NCBI RefSeq assembly: GCF_001194135.2
Contig: NC_068981.1
Span: 75,015,694-75,076,584 of the forward strand
Origin: Octopus bimaculoides
Lineage: Eukaryota
Length of the DNA stretch: 60,891 nucleotides
Direction: 5' to 3'
The position numbers were made by a program, and so were the translations under genes. A model generated the notes under the pieces. The model did not search any database. It was not told the origin of the DNA and saw only the letters and a program-made list of their open reading frames with translations. The first letter of the stretch is position 1. Each line of letters starts with the position of its first letter. Below are positions 24,130 to 38,442 of this stretch, one piece after another.

Positions 24130-25620
24130 AGCGGAGGGGCCTAAACTGCATATGGACGATGCATGTGCGTATATGATTGGTTAGGAAAGGGCGAATGATG
24201 GTATCATAGAAGTGACAACAAGGTCATTGATGTGCTTACTGGAGGAAGAAGCAGGGGAGGAAAGAACTGACCAGATGTCAGAATATGTGAAAGTTGATAG
24301 TGTAATGAGACCCAAGTGAGTTCCAATATCACTGTCTGTGATCATGTGATTTGACCGTTATATAAATGGTGCATAAACTTATACGATAAGGTTTATTTTG
24401 GAAATTCGACACACGATGCCTAGATGCATTATGACAGATGTAATGTAGTGTCAATCGACTTGATACTATATTTTAATGAGTTACTTATGGAAGCAAAAAA
24501 AAAAATATCCGAATGCAAGCGTGATTTGAAGCCACAATATTGAGGGACGGATGTAAAAGAATATGTCTCATTTAAACCGGCGCTCTTTTGTTCCATAGTT
24601 CGCGTGACCTATAAATTATATTAAACATATTCAAATACTTTTAATGTTGATATGTGTGTTAAAATCCATATTTTGCAAAAAGAGATTGGAAATGAATAAA
24701 TAATGTGATTTCAAGTATAATCGATTATATTTGATGCAAGAGACTATTTTCGCCTGGTATTCAATGAATAATAAATATCAGCGCTTAAACTTCATATATA
24801 GATATAGGCTGTCCAAAGGTACTTGAAAGATGACTTTGTGCAATAATATATATATAAAAATATATGTATTAAATTATATTTAATCTTGCTGAATTAAAAT
24901 AAGTGTAGGCTTTTGTTTATGAAGCTACTGTAGGTCTGAAGTAAACTCGTAGATGTTATATTGGTATAAAAGGTCAGCTTGGACTTAAAATGTTATTAGA
25001 AGTGGCATTATGTAGGTCATTGATGTACAAGAGGAAGAATATGGAAGGGTGTGGAAGGTAAACAAATAGTAGCTCACACTAGTTGCAGTCACTGCACCAA
25101 TAAAATGGTGAGATTTGACAAGAAGGTTATGATTCAATGGATGGTAGATGGAGTATAGCTCATTGTTGGGAATCTAGTTCTTGTTAGAGGAGATTTAACG
25201 CCAAATGTTGCTCAGTAATTGATCAAATTCAGTATGTTTTTAGAAATAATTTAATTGGGAATTCATTTAGTAATATGTCCTAATTTATAGCAATACATGT
25301 GATTTATGAACGTTTTGAGTATTAATTCTAGTATGATGAGTGGCTTACATGAAGGTTCTTCTCGTTTAACAAGTATATTCTCATGCCAGCAACAGTAAGA
25401 TATGTCGCTAACATTATTTGTAACAATATTGTTTTCGATAAAGGATCTATAAGTTTGTCAAATTGGAGAAAAAGTCTGTAGTAGACCTGACAGCTCGCAG
25501 GTCATTGATGTGGTAGAGGAATTCTCAAGGTTCTGAAGGTGGATGTTTATAACCTGTTACATACTGGAAATGAGAGCGATAAGTCGATGGTTCAGTCTGC
25601 AAACGGGAGACACTGTAATC
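24130..25620 (-). mobile_element. Heavily decayed CR1/L2/Jockey-type LINE RT
   Basis: Minus strand retains IFFLLYINDL (about 25020-25050) and HNLLVK (about 25120-25140) RT motifs; the rest is fragmented and the boundaries are approximate. Confidence 0.55.
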
Positions 25621-25686
25621 TGTTTCCAGAAATCGGGAAAATCTCAAGAGAGATAGAGAGCTACGTAGACAGATAGAGAATGTGTG

Positions 25687-25809
<123 letters not shown>

Positions 25810-26283
25810 CAGAGAGAAAGATAGATAAACTGAATCTCTTGTGGAATTAAAATTAATAGAAGGAACACTTTCGGGACAGTGACATGTATGTATGTATTTA
25901 TATATATGTGTATGTATGTATGCATGTATGTATGCGTGTTTATATGTGAGTGTGTGTGTATGTGTCTATTTTTATATACACATATGTAATATATATAATA
26001 TCATATTAGGTTACACTATCTTACGCCATATTGTATTGAATTGTACTTCATTGTAGTATGCTGCTAGTTTGGAGTTAACATCCAAATTAGCCACACGAAG
26101 ATTCGTAACGGAAGAATTATTGAAATTATTTATACAATCAACTTTTCGTGCAGTAAAATAACATCTTCGCCACGTGTTCAATGAATAATCAATGTAGATG
26201 TACATCAACTTGGTATATATATATATATATATATATATGCTAACTGAAAGACGGAAGATGGAATATATGAGAATTTATTATTA

Positions 26284-26387
26284 ATCACGACAATTGTTTC
26301 GACACATCTAGCTTCGATCCCTCACGGGCGGGTCACGTAACAACTGGTTCAGGAGCATCCAGCAGTACAGATGTCTCATCGGGTGAT
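26284..26387 (-). ncRNA. Type I hammerhead ribozyme motif, U4C core, 75-nt extended stem II
   Basis: AUCAC-CCGAUGA-GACAUCU...AGAUGUGUC-GAAA-CAAUUG-UC-GUGAU. 5-bp stem I, stem II GACA/UGUC plus UCU/AGA, palindromic stem III ACAAUUGU, GUC cut between 26289 and 26288. Lies in the 3' region of the Naiad-like PLE. Confidence 0.8.
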
Positions 26388-26889
26388 AAATAGACACAAC
26401 TCGTTAAAATAACAGTTCCACACTGTGTCTTCTCAATTTGTAGAAAGAAAAGCCGCAAAATGAAGGAAATATCTTCATTTACATAGAAGATTAAAAATAA
26501 AATCACAAGTATAAGAAAGTAACGAACACGCAATATATCGAAAGAAGTTTTTAAAATAACCGTTAACAAATATAGATGTTTAAACTCCCTCGCGCAAGCT
26601 GCATGGCGCGTGTACACTCGCTCATACAAGCATCCGCGAAAATGTAAGCATGCGCACACGTGTGGTTTGGTGCACTCACGATCTAAAGGCTACTTGATGT
26701 TTATAAGAATGAGGAGGTTAAAACTAAACTTAATTCATCCATGCCTTAAAGTAAATGATGTTAACAGTTATTCAAATTCATTCCCACTGCATTGTGCCAA
26801 AGTACATTTATATGCGTGTAGGCACCCTGAGAGTCATTCAGAAATTGTATTATAGATCTTCTCATTACTCTACAGAATACACAGGGATG

Positions 26890-28720
26890 CCTCGGAGAAA
26901 AGACAGCATCTCCTGAAAATGATGTTGTATGGTTTTGCGTGCCTTACTATGGACAATGTTATGCTGCACTTAATTTTATCCTCTTTCAGTCGCTATACAA
27001 AATAGGCCAAAAATGTTGAATGTCTCTTATTAATTATCTTAAAGCTGGCAACATGGTTACGATAACGATTCTTAAATTAATCAGTCATCTGCTCAATGTA
27101 AACATTTATATACAAGATTTGTACTCATACAATGTTTCATCAATGGGCACTTTGATTTTTCCCTGCATGAGAATTTATCATATTTATATATAAGGTAGTT
27201 CCGACTCCATTTTCTGATGTTGTTACCGTATTAGCTGTATCATAAGTATTTCTACTATTACAATTTGGCCGTAATTGGTGTTTTCCATTGCAGTTTATAT
27301 CCCCCTTTGTTGCTATTTAGATGCGTGTGTTCGCTAGACCGAGTAGGTGGGTTATCGAACCGTTGTCGCATTTTGCTATTGTTAATGCGGTGCATAAACT
27401 GCTCTAAATTAGCAGTTAGCGTAGGATACCTTCACGGTGTGCCGATTAAAAATAGTATGATATCGATTAGATTTAGGAAAACATTTGTCCAGAGCGACAA
27501 ATAAATTTCCAGCGATCTTGGTTGAAACATGCGGACAGAAAATTGGGTTGAACCAGAGGACATCTTGATTCCTATATCTATTGTTTGGCTTATTTTATCG
27601 AGTGTGCTCAACAGGATTGGAACAATTTACAGTGTCACAAGCAGTTGGATTATTATGTCTCGTGTGTCTATGAGTTTTGTTGGTAGTTCATTGTCTTCGC
27701 CAATTCTTCCTGGCCTGTATTCTTTATCCTAGTGAGTTCTCAAATCGTGACGTTGTGATAGTGTACAATATGTATTACAATTGGAGGAATTAGCAGTGTT
27801 GTGTTGTGTATGCCTGATTCTTGTATATAATGAATTTTTTCACTGTACCCAGCCCTAGCTAAAGCAGTATTATAAGTTGTATATGATTCGAAATTTTCAT
27901 TATTAGCGGATAATCTAAAAATTCTTGTAGAAATATTCTTAACTAATCACCGTATTATCGAGAGTAGATGGTTGGATGCTACATTTATGTACTTAATATG
28001 GTCATTTGACTCATCAAATGGTTCAGATAATCCAGTATCAATACAGAAGGTAGCGTCAAGAAAATTTACTCAACAATAATCCTTCCCCATAGTAATGTTT
28101 AGTCCTAAATTTTAAAAAAGATCTAAAGAAATTTTTCCTATGCCTTTCTAATTTGTTACCTCTGTTCAGAAAATAAAAAACATCATCCCTATATAGACCC
28201 CCTGTTACTTCCAGAAAGGAAGACTGGATTAATTAAAGGGTATATATCTCAACTAGGTCTACGACCTTTGAGGAGTCATATGACCCCGTTGCTATATCAA
28301 AAGCATTCTCCCTATCTAATCTACACAATAATCTACTATCGAAATCTACTAAAGTGGCTCGCCCGGCAAATATAATATGTATTTCACGTCGAGACAAATG
28401 GGAATATCTCATACTATAAATCAGGGCTTGATTAAGGACGATCGGGTTAATAGTCGCATAATAGCCATCTATATTTAGTTGCAAGAATTTATTATTCTCA
28501 CTAATTTCTAGAAGCTTAAACTATTCAATCACCTCTTGGGTATCAGACCAGAGGGCTAATCTAATTTTAGACTTAAGGGCGGGTATTGTCTTATCAATGA
28601 TTTATTTTACTAATACTATCTATATCGGATTTAGAAGAACAAATTAATAAGAAAGATAGGTTTATGTTTCTTAAGCATAATCCGAGATATTCGAAACACT
28701 TTTGAAGAGGTTGCAAGAAG
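26890..28720 (-). mobile_element. Naiad-type Penelope-like retroelement (RT plus GIY-YIG region), pseudogenised
   Basis: Motifs in order: FLQLNIDGYYATI; FDIATGSYDSSKVVDLVEIY; GLYRDD; VNFLDATF..YINVASNH; DVLWFNPIF..IFNRHTVKVSY; CPLMKHCMSTNLVYKC; FKNRYRNH..PY..RRCCL. Multiple stops and frameshifts; the YIG segment appears deleted. Confidence 0.9.
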
Positions 28721-29994
28721 GAGCAACGAAAAGTTTAGAAAAGATATATCCGTAAATGAATGAAAATCGAACCAGTGAGTATGTTAATTTATAAGGCATT
28801 AACACAGAATCACTCTCCCCAGACACAATAATATATATATACATATATATNNNNNNNNNNNNNNNNNNNNNNNNNNNNNNNNNNNNNNNNNNNNNNNNNN
28901 NNNNNNNNNNNNNNNNNNNNNNNNNNNNNNNNNNNNNNNNNNNNNNNNNNNNNNNNNNNNNNNNNNNNNNNNNNNNNNNNNNNNNNNNNNNNNNNNNNNN
29001 NNNNNNNNNNNNNNNNNNNNNNNNNNNNNNNNNNNNNNNNNNNNNNNNNNNNNNNNNNNNNNNNNNNNNNNNNNNNNNNNNNNNNNNNNNNNNNNNNNNN
29101 NNNNNNNNNNNNNNNNNNNNNNNNNNNNNNNNNNNNNNNNNNNNNNNNNNNNNNNNNNNNNNNNNNNNNNNNNNNNNNNNNNNNNNNNNNNNNNNNNNNN
29201 NNNNNNNNNNNNNNNNNNNNNNNNNNNNNNNNNNNNNNNNNNNNNNNNNNNNNNNNNNNNNNNNNNNNNNNNNNNNNNNNNNNNNNNNNNNNNNNNNNNN
29301 NNNNNNNNNNNNNNNNNNNNNNNNNNNNNNNNNNNNNNNNNNNNNNNNNNNNNNNNNNNNNNNNNNNNNNNNNNNNNNNNNNNNNNNNNNNNNNNNNNNN
29401 NNNNNNNNNNNNNNNNNNNNNNNNNNNNNNNNNNNNNNNNNNNNNNNNNNNNNNNNNNNNNNNNNNNNNNNNNNNNNNNNNNNNNNNNNNNNNNNNNNNN
29501 NNNNNNNNNNNNNNNNNNNNNNNNNNNNNNNNNNNNNNNNNNNNNNNNNNNNNNNNNNNNNNNNNNNNNNNNNNNNNNCCAGCACCACCAGCACCAGCAC
29601 CAGCAGCACCACCACCACCAAGAGGTACTAAAACCTGCCACAGTTTATTTCATAATTAATATTCCCAAAAGCAACTGTGAGTAATACACTCCCCATTAAC
29701 TAGCCACAGGAGTTCTAAGATCAGCCCTTCCATACCCCCACACCTCCTCCTCATCTACCGGCGCCATCAGCATTTATTTTACTTTCAACATCTCGGGAAG
29801 TCAAGAAGCAACAAAAAAGGAAAAAAACAACAACAAAAAAGACAAAAAAAAAACAAAGCAAAACAAACAAAGACAAAGCTTGTTCATTAAAATTAATTTT
29901 CTTATGATTGATGTCCAAATTTTGCCAGCGATTACTAAAAACAAATTATATTCACTAGATTTATGACAACATTCCTACCTTCATTCCAGAAAAA

Positions 29995-30006
29995 AAAATT
30001 ACACTA

Positions 30007-30059
<53 letters not shown>

Positions 30060-30125
30060 ATAATAATAATAATAATATTAATAATAATAATAATGATAAT
30101 AATATTAATAATATTAATAATAATG

Positions 30126-30156
<31 letters not shown>

Positions 30157-30229
30157 TGATGATAATAATATTAATACTAATAAATGATAATAATAATGAT
30201 GATGATGATAATGAAAATAATAATAATGA

Positions 30230-30264
<35 letters not shown>

Positions 30265-30350
30265 GATGTTTTATGGTTGTTGGTGTTGCTGTTGTCGTTG
30301 TGTTATTGTTGTTGCTTTTGTTGTATTCTTGTTGTTGTTGCTGTTGTTTT
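29995..30350. repeat. Compound trinucleotide cluster (ACT/AAT/GAT/ATT/GTT)
   Basis: Direct reading. Confidence 0.95.
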
Positions 30351-30714
30351 AGATTGTGACAGATAATTATTGAATTTAATTAACAAGGCACATTAATATC
30401 CCTCACTGCTGCTGTTGCTGCTGCAGCAAAAAACAAAAACAAAACAACAAGAACAATAACAGCAGCAATATCTGCGTAAACAAACAAGAACAGCAACAGT
30501 TATAACAATTATAACTGCAGTGTAAAATAACAACGACACCTATAAAGATGAAGTGGCGAACTTACTCCGAAGCACATCAAGCTATAGTCATCCATGAGTA
30601 TGTATGTGTGTATACACACACGCACAACAATACAGACATGCATTCATGATTACATATACACAGAGACATATCTACATCCTTAAATACATATATATAAAGT
30701 GTATGTAGAAATAA

Positions 30715-30763
<49 letters not shown>

Positions 30764-31344
30764 CATAGATGTATGCACAGACACACATATATGTATATAT
30801 GTGTATAATATGTAAGCGTGATCTATTCACACCTAAACATGCAAATACAAATCTTCATAGTAATCATTTTAAAAGCAATCCATTTTTTCTTTTCAAATTA
30901 ATTAGAAAAATCTTTAATCAGAATATGACTGAGGTCAAATTTTAGAATGATTGCATCGTTATAATTATTGTATAAATTTGGTTATGTACTGCGTGTTTAT
31001 TGAAATTAATTATTGATAAATTCATTCTTCCCTTCGAGTTTGCCTGGTTAAATATCAGTGATATAGCATTATTTCATTTCACTTGCTTCTTAAAGAGATT
31101 ATCTTCTTAGAATCAATGTTGACAAAGTTCTGGGCTGCGTATAAAATGTATGAGTATTTTGTCCTCATTCAGTGAGATTTGTATCATGATTTACTCCGTA
31201 ATGAGAATATATTTCGTACACATACTGCATAATAAATACATACTTACATACATACGTCTACATATGTAATTATATGCATGAGAATACATACATGAAACAT
31301 ACAAATCTGCACATACATAATACATACATACGTACATACATAAA

Positions 31345-32090
31345 AAACAAAAATACCCTATTGCTAAGGTTGAAATTCCAATGAAGGAACCTTGGATCTA
31401 GGTTAGAAACTGGTTCTTTCTCTATTGGCAAGAAATCTAGAAATAAACTGAATAATGACACACATAGTGATTTGAGATGGAGAAGATAAACTGTGTACAG
31501 TTGTGGAAATCAGCTGCCCAGCGGATGTTAACATAAAGCTAAAGTTCAGCGAAAAAGAAAACACCTGTGCTGAACTATTGAAAAATCTAGTGTTACCTTA
31601 CCTCTATTACAAGTTCAGATTATACCTGTAATTATTGACACAATGAGATATGTAACACACTGCCTAAGTACCAATCTTGAGAAACTGGGCTTCTCAAAAT
31701 CAGAAAGGAGAAAGCTGATTGGAAAACTACTGATCCAAGCCAGTACTGAGACTGAAAAAGTCTGTAGAACTTTCCAGAAATCTATCATTTCTCGTAAGTA
31801 TATATGCGCAAGTCTAGATATGCATGAGCATACATACATACATGCATACATACATACATACATACATACATACAAACATACATACATACATACAAACATA
31901 CATACATACATGCATAAAACAAAACATATACATTTGCACATACAGTGACTCCAAATACTGCACATATACATACATTCATTCAAACATATCCTCTTGATGT
32001 AGAAAATCCAATAAAGGAGCCTTCCATCTGGGTTAGAAACCGGTTATTTCTCTATTGGCAAGAAATCGTGAAATACAATTGAATAATGAT
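31345..32090 (+). mobile_element. R4/Dong-like LINE 3' fragments (REL endonuclease end plus two 3'UTR copies)
   Basis: KLCTVVEISCPADVNIKLK..EKENT..ELL at about 31480-31580; 3'UTR motif CCAATGAAGGA.CCTT..ATCT.GGTTAGAAAC at about 31378 and 32008; homologous to 39980-41545. Confidence 0.85.
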
Positions 32091-33033
32091 ATACATATAC
32101 ATACATACATGCATACATACATACATACATACATACATACATACATACATACATACGTACACACGCACGCACACACACATACATACGTACTCATACATGC
32201 ATGCATACATGCATACATATATACATACATATATACATACGTAAATACGTTAGCACGCAGCACACACACATGCATACATGCGTACATAATACATACATGC
32301 ATGCATACATATATACACAGATACATGCATACATATATACACAGATACATGCATACATACACACACACACATACATACAAACATGGTGGAAGTCTCCTCG
32401 TGACCGAGTAAGACCATTTCTTAAGCACCACAGGCTAGGCTTAAACACAGTGGTGCAGTCATTCCGAAAATTCTAGAGGCTTTTCTGTGTGCATTTGCTT
32501 TGAGCGGATGAAGTTTTGCAAAGTACAGGACCTGCATTCAGTGCCATCAGTTATAAATCTAGTGGCAAAACCAAGGTTGACACTACCAGAAACTAACTAT
32601 GCTTCAGTTTTTTCGCTTGAGTATACCTTTCTAAAGAGAACTACGGCTCTTTCACTCCCATTGGACCACATGCTAGTTTACTCATAGCTGGGAGCTAAGG
32701 AGTGCTACTAATTCGGGTCAGAACAGACCTAGGAACAATAGTGGCTAAGATGTGGCTCCACACACCTCAAGACCGTACCAGGGTTCCAGGCATGCGGTTT
32801 AACAAGAAGCGAATTCTGAACAGTAAAATTATCGTGCGCAAGCTGATCCAATCACCCACAACACCACCATCGCACCCGCGCGCGCACACACACATCACAC
32901 CCAAGACATAGAAGATATGAATAATTAAGTAAACAGTCAAACAAAGTAAGGTGTTTGTGTATATAACGCTCATTTAATTGGTCTTGCATTCAGGTTTCGC
33001 TTACCATATCACCGAAGATTTTCAAGTGAGAGT

Positions 33034-33068
<35 letters not shown>

Positions 33069-33107
33069 TGAGAGAGAGAGAGATAGAGGGAGAGAGATAG
33101 AGAGAGG

Positions 33108-33173
<66 letters not shown>

Positions 33174-34460
33174 GAAGAGAGTGAGTGAGACTCAAAGGCA
33201 ATACACCTTCGCTCCAATGCCCGCGCAAATATTATTATCAGGACACAAAGCCAAGAAGAATTATTGTAAGACATTCTAATTATTCCGTTGATCTATTGGT
33301 TGGATTGGTACTTTATTTACCGATTCCGCAAAGATGAAAGACAAAAAAACACACATCAGTAGAATTTGAACGCAAATTCAAGGGTGTCAGTACAAATACC
33401 ATAAAGCATCCAGCTGACATCAACATATATGGAAGCTCGCATAAAAATTTTACTGGTCATGTTTCGGCATTTTATCTTAATCACATTAAACTACATTTGT
33501 GTGATCGCTTGAGGAGCTGTGGAGATTGATGACGGCTATAGAAGAAGCGTTCGGATTACTTATGCAAGGTGCTCTTCTGGGGTGTCTTTAAGTATCGTAT
33601 TCGTTGCATGACATCGTCTGATGCCGATTACTGAAGAATTTGTAACTGATGAAATGAAGGAATACCAAGTTCAGGACCATGGTCATTTCTCTCGTTATAT
33701 ATATATATATATATATATATATNNNNNNNNNNNNNNNNNNNNNNNNNNNNNNNNNNNNNNNNNNNNNNNNNNNNNNNNNNNNNNNNNNNNNNNNNNNNNN
33801 NNNNNNNNNNNNNNNNNNNNNNNNNNNNNNNNNNNNNNNNNNNNNNNNNNNNNNNNNNNNNNNNNNNNNNNNNNNNNNNNNNNNNNNNNNNNNNNNNNNN
33901 NNNNNNNNNNNNNNNNNNNNNNNNNNNNNNNNNNNNNNNNNNNNNNNNNNNNNNNNNNNNNNNNNNNNNNNNNNNNNNNNNNNNNNNNNNNNNNNNNNNN
34001 NNNNNNNNNNNNNNNNNNNNNNNNNNNNNNNNNNNNNATATATATATATATATACTTTCTGCATTTGTTGTCGTTCTTTTTGTTACTTTTGTTTAAGAGT
34101 ACCCCAGGTTAGACCTAATCGAGTAGTCAACTTCTTGTCTAATCACAGATTACAATCTGAAAAATGGTTGGACATACCAGGATATATAGAGCACGATATC
34201 TCGTGGCTAGAAGAAATATATAAAGCACGATATTGATGTCTGGGAGTCTTTTGTTCATAAGTTTGGTTTATATCAGAATTCACCTGACGATAAACAGCAA
34301 CAATACCTCCAACAAGAACAACATGAATAACAGCAACATCACTACCAGTGATAACAACAGGTACAAAAACAACTAAAACAGAAGAAAGAAAGGATTTTTG
34401 GAATGAAAACTTTTTATAGTCATATAATGTATAAAAATTTACAGCTCAATAAAATATTGC

Positions 34461-34511
<51 letters not shown>

Positions 34512-37331
34512 GAAACGACAAAGTATTTCATATTTTTGTGTTCATATTTGCCGGTGAAATATCTTGTTTTTATTCCAGCAATTAGTAATTTAAAATATTA
34601 GTGATACGTGATGATTTTACGAGAAATTCAAAAGTTTGTAGTCGTCTAAAATTTAGAGAATGGAAACCAAACTTAATTAAGCGAACATCATTCTCCTCCT
34701 CTTCTTCCAAACCATCTTCATTGTCCTTCTCCTCCTCCTGTTCCTCATTATCCTCTTCAACATTATCGTCATCATCGGCAGCCAACGGAAGTAACATCTG
34801 TATTGTTATTTGAAATTTGAATATTTCAACATCGAATATTGATAAATATCATTTCTCTTCTGAATTCTCAAGGGACAGTTTTAGAAAACAGCTTCTTTAA
34901 AGTTGTTTACAAAGAAGAAATATCGGTAGAAAAGTGGGAATACAACTGACAATATCTGGGCATGCCAGGTTAGTTGGCAACTGAACGTTTCAAAGTTCGT
35001 AGCCAGTCAATGAACTAGAAGTGAATAAGTGTCACGCATGAACACGGTTCTCTACGGTGTTGTAGCAGGACAAGTCTAGCATATCTTGTTAGTCAGCAGA
35101 ATTAAAATTAGATGATTTTCTAGACCATCCTTGTTAGAGCAATCTAGTTTTGATCTTTTTGTAATAGATTGCTAGGAACAAAAACCCTACCTATCTCAAC
35201 TCGATATTAAAAAGCTGAGACAACGAATATAGACCTTAGAGAAATTTAATATTTTCTGGTAGTTACTTTTTTTAAACTAAAGAAAAAGAGGAATACTCAC
35301 TGAAGTTATTGTCCCATAAGCATCTTGTAAGAAAAAAGGGAGTTGAAGCTCATAGGAACATTGATAAGAGGGTTATACCAAATATAGTGCAAAAGTAAGC
35401 CCGACGTCTTTTAAGAACCAAGTGCTGTCGTTGAAATTGCAGTCATTGGTGCAATTTAGATGGCAACTGTTGAGAAAGAGTATCAGTTCCTCTATAGTGA
35501 ACCCTCCTTTTCTCTTACTTCATTGCAGGCAAATAATCGGTTCCAAGCAGAAATGAGTTCTTAATGAACGGAGAATGCAAGCTGCTCGACATTTATTAAT
35601 GGCTACGGTTGTTTACGTAGATGACACAGATGGCGCACTTAAGAATAATATGCACAGATCGACGATGTTTAAAGTTGAAGAAACTTGTACAGAAGAAAAA
35701 AAACATGCAGCTATCTATAAGCGAGCCAACGTGCAACAATCTACAATCTATTCGAACTGCTATATAAAGAGGCTATTCATTACTGCATTAAACCGTATTA
35801 CAATAGGAAAATTATGTTAGACTATTTAAAGCCTGTTGTTGTGAATTGTAATAACAATCACATTTCGAAAACAAAAGACATATTGGATAATGTAGTCTCT
35901 GATACATTATGCTTTTGGAAAAATAAAAATGGAGAGTCTCATCTGAAATTCTTTTGCACAAGACTGGTCGATGAGAGTTCCTTTAGTACTAGACAGCAAC
36001 AAACGAACAAGAAACACAAATATACAAAAAAAAATGAACACCGCGTTAAAAGTATGAACGTCTATAGTTAGTTATAGTCTATGATATAATTATAGAAATT
36101 CGATGCATATTTTAAATGCATCTCTTACAGGAACAAGAAAAAAAGCAAGGCGATTAAGATGATTTTTCATTGCACATATTTCATTTCTTTCTGCATGTTC
36201 ATAATACCCTCAACATGGCATGTATAAACGTCAGAGACACCATTCAGTACTGTATTAGGCTGCTTTATAAGAGTTAAGTAATAGTTAATCTATTTAATGC
36301 ATGTAGTTACAATATGCTACTACAAATAAATACTAAAGAAAAGGAGAACGACGAAACAAGAGATATTCATCAATATTTCCGGCAGTAAGGGACACCTGTA
36401 TTAGACTTTTTTCTGAAGTATATTCTTCCGCGCATTTATCGAATTCACTAGATTCAGTAATAAAATATAGCAGATATTACATTTGTCAAGGTAAAAAAAT
36501 GTAATACTTTAGATATTAAATATTGCAAGGACGCCATTAGTAAGAAAACAATAGGAAACCAACGCAAAATAAATGTGCAGGGAAAAAATATATAGTCAGT
36601 AAGAATGCTCTTTCTTCAAGGAAAACATAAAACGATATCATAACATCAACGTATTCATAAATATTCATGTGCATAGAATGCATATACATTCGTACGCAAA
36701 TGCGCACGCACGCACGCACGTACACAAGCAAGCGCAATCTTGAGCGCACATGCTTCAGCACATGTTTATACGTCTCGTTAGAATTAAAAGAGTTACTGAA
36801 TGGTTCACTTCTGATTCCGCTTGAGTATATGCACACACATCAACACACAGAGACATGTAAATGCTGATACGCACGCGCACACTCAAGCACAGACACACAT
36901 ATAATACTAAAAAAAATGCAAGGAAATGTGTGTGAGAATATATATATATATATATACATACATACATATATATGTGTGTGCGTGTGTGTTTGTGTATGTA
37001 TGTGTGTATGCATACTTACACACACATACACACATTTATATACACATTCATATGTGAGTGTGTGTAATTACACATACACGTATGTGCTTGTGTGCCTTTA
37101 CAATCGTGATACTTACGTCCCAGCTCTCTATAGATATACTACCTGACAATGACATTTACCAACTTCAATGCTTTACTGAGTATTATTATCAAAATAAACA
37201 ATTNNNNNNNNNNNNNNNNNNNNNNNNNNNNNNNNNNNNNNNNNNNNNNNNNNNNNNNNNNNNNNNNNNNNNNNNNNNNNNNNNNNNNNNNNNNNNNNNN
37301 NNNNNNNNNNNNNNNNNNNNNNNNNNNNNNN

Positions 37332-37380
<49 letters not shown>

Positions 37381-37804
37381 CATACATATATATGTGTGTG
37401 CGTGTGTGTTTGTGTATGTATGTGTGTATGCATACTTACACACACATACACACATTTATATACACATTCATATGTGAGTGTGTGTAATTACACATACACG
37501 TATGTGCTTGTGTGCCTTTACAATCGTGATACTTACGTCCCAGCTCTCTATAGATATACTACCTGACAATGACATTTACCAACTTCAATGCTTTACTGAG
37601 TATTATTATCAAAATAAACAATTAAATCCAGACGTTCGTGTATTAGAGATCCGTTCTGAAAAAATCGTCAATGTAAGGAATGAAAAGACTGCGATGTATA
37701 GTTTGACATTTCTCCACAAAAGTCGAGCATTAAAAATCTTCAGAAAAAGGTCAAATCTCTAGAAGAAATTCTATAACAACCAATATCTATCTATCTATCC
37801 ATCC

Positions 37805-37861
<57 letters not shown>

Positions 37862-37970
37862 CCTGTCTCTCTCTCTATCTATCTATCTGTCTGTCTGTCT
37901 ATCTGTCTGTCTGTCTGTCTGTCAGTATTAGGGCTTTTATTGTATGCATTTTTAACGATTGGAAGAGAAG

Positions 37971-38017
<47 letters not shown>

Positions 38018-38045
38018 CACACATGCATATATAATGGTAGCCCTA

Positions 38046-38096
<51 letters not shown>

Positions 38097-38396
38097 GTCT
38101 GTCTGTCTGTCTGTCTGTCTGCCTATTAATCTATCTATGTATCTATCTATTTGTATCAGCCTGTTTGTCTATGCACGTGTGTGGCTTGTGCACTCTATCT
38201 GCATGTGTGTGTGTGCGTATGTGTGTGCGTGCGTATTTTTATGTGTGTATGTATGTGTGTGCGTGATTATGCGTGTTTGATGGTGCGACATCCATGTATG
38301 CCTCCAATCTTTCATATACATATTCACCAATCCATTCATACACAGATAACCATTAAATCCACACTTACACATGTACATATACACAGACACTCACTC

Positions 38397-38442
<46 letters not shown>

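Noticed and set aside
27947-27949. In-frame TGA in the Naiad-like RT as selenocysteine
   Set aside because: It does not appear to be at a Cys column, and the copy has many other stops and frameshifts.
35575-35820. VVYVDD as a reverse-transcriptase catalytic motif
   Set aside because: No other RT motifs flank it.
36938-37623. Exact ~250-bp tandem duplication across the gap (36938-37203 / 37332-37623)
   Set aside because: Identical flanks on both sides of an N gap, differing only in (TA)n length: typical unmerged contig overlap or allelic artefact.
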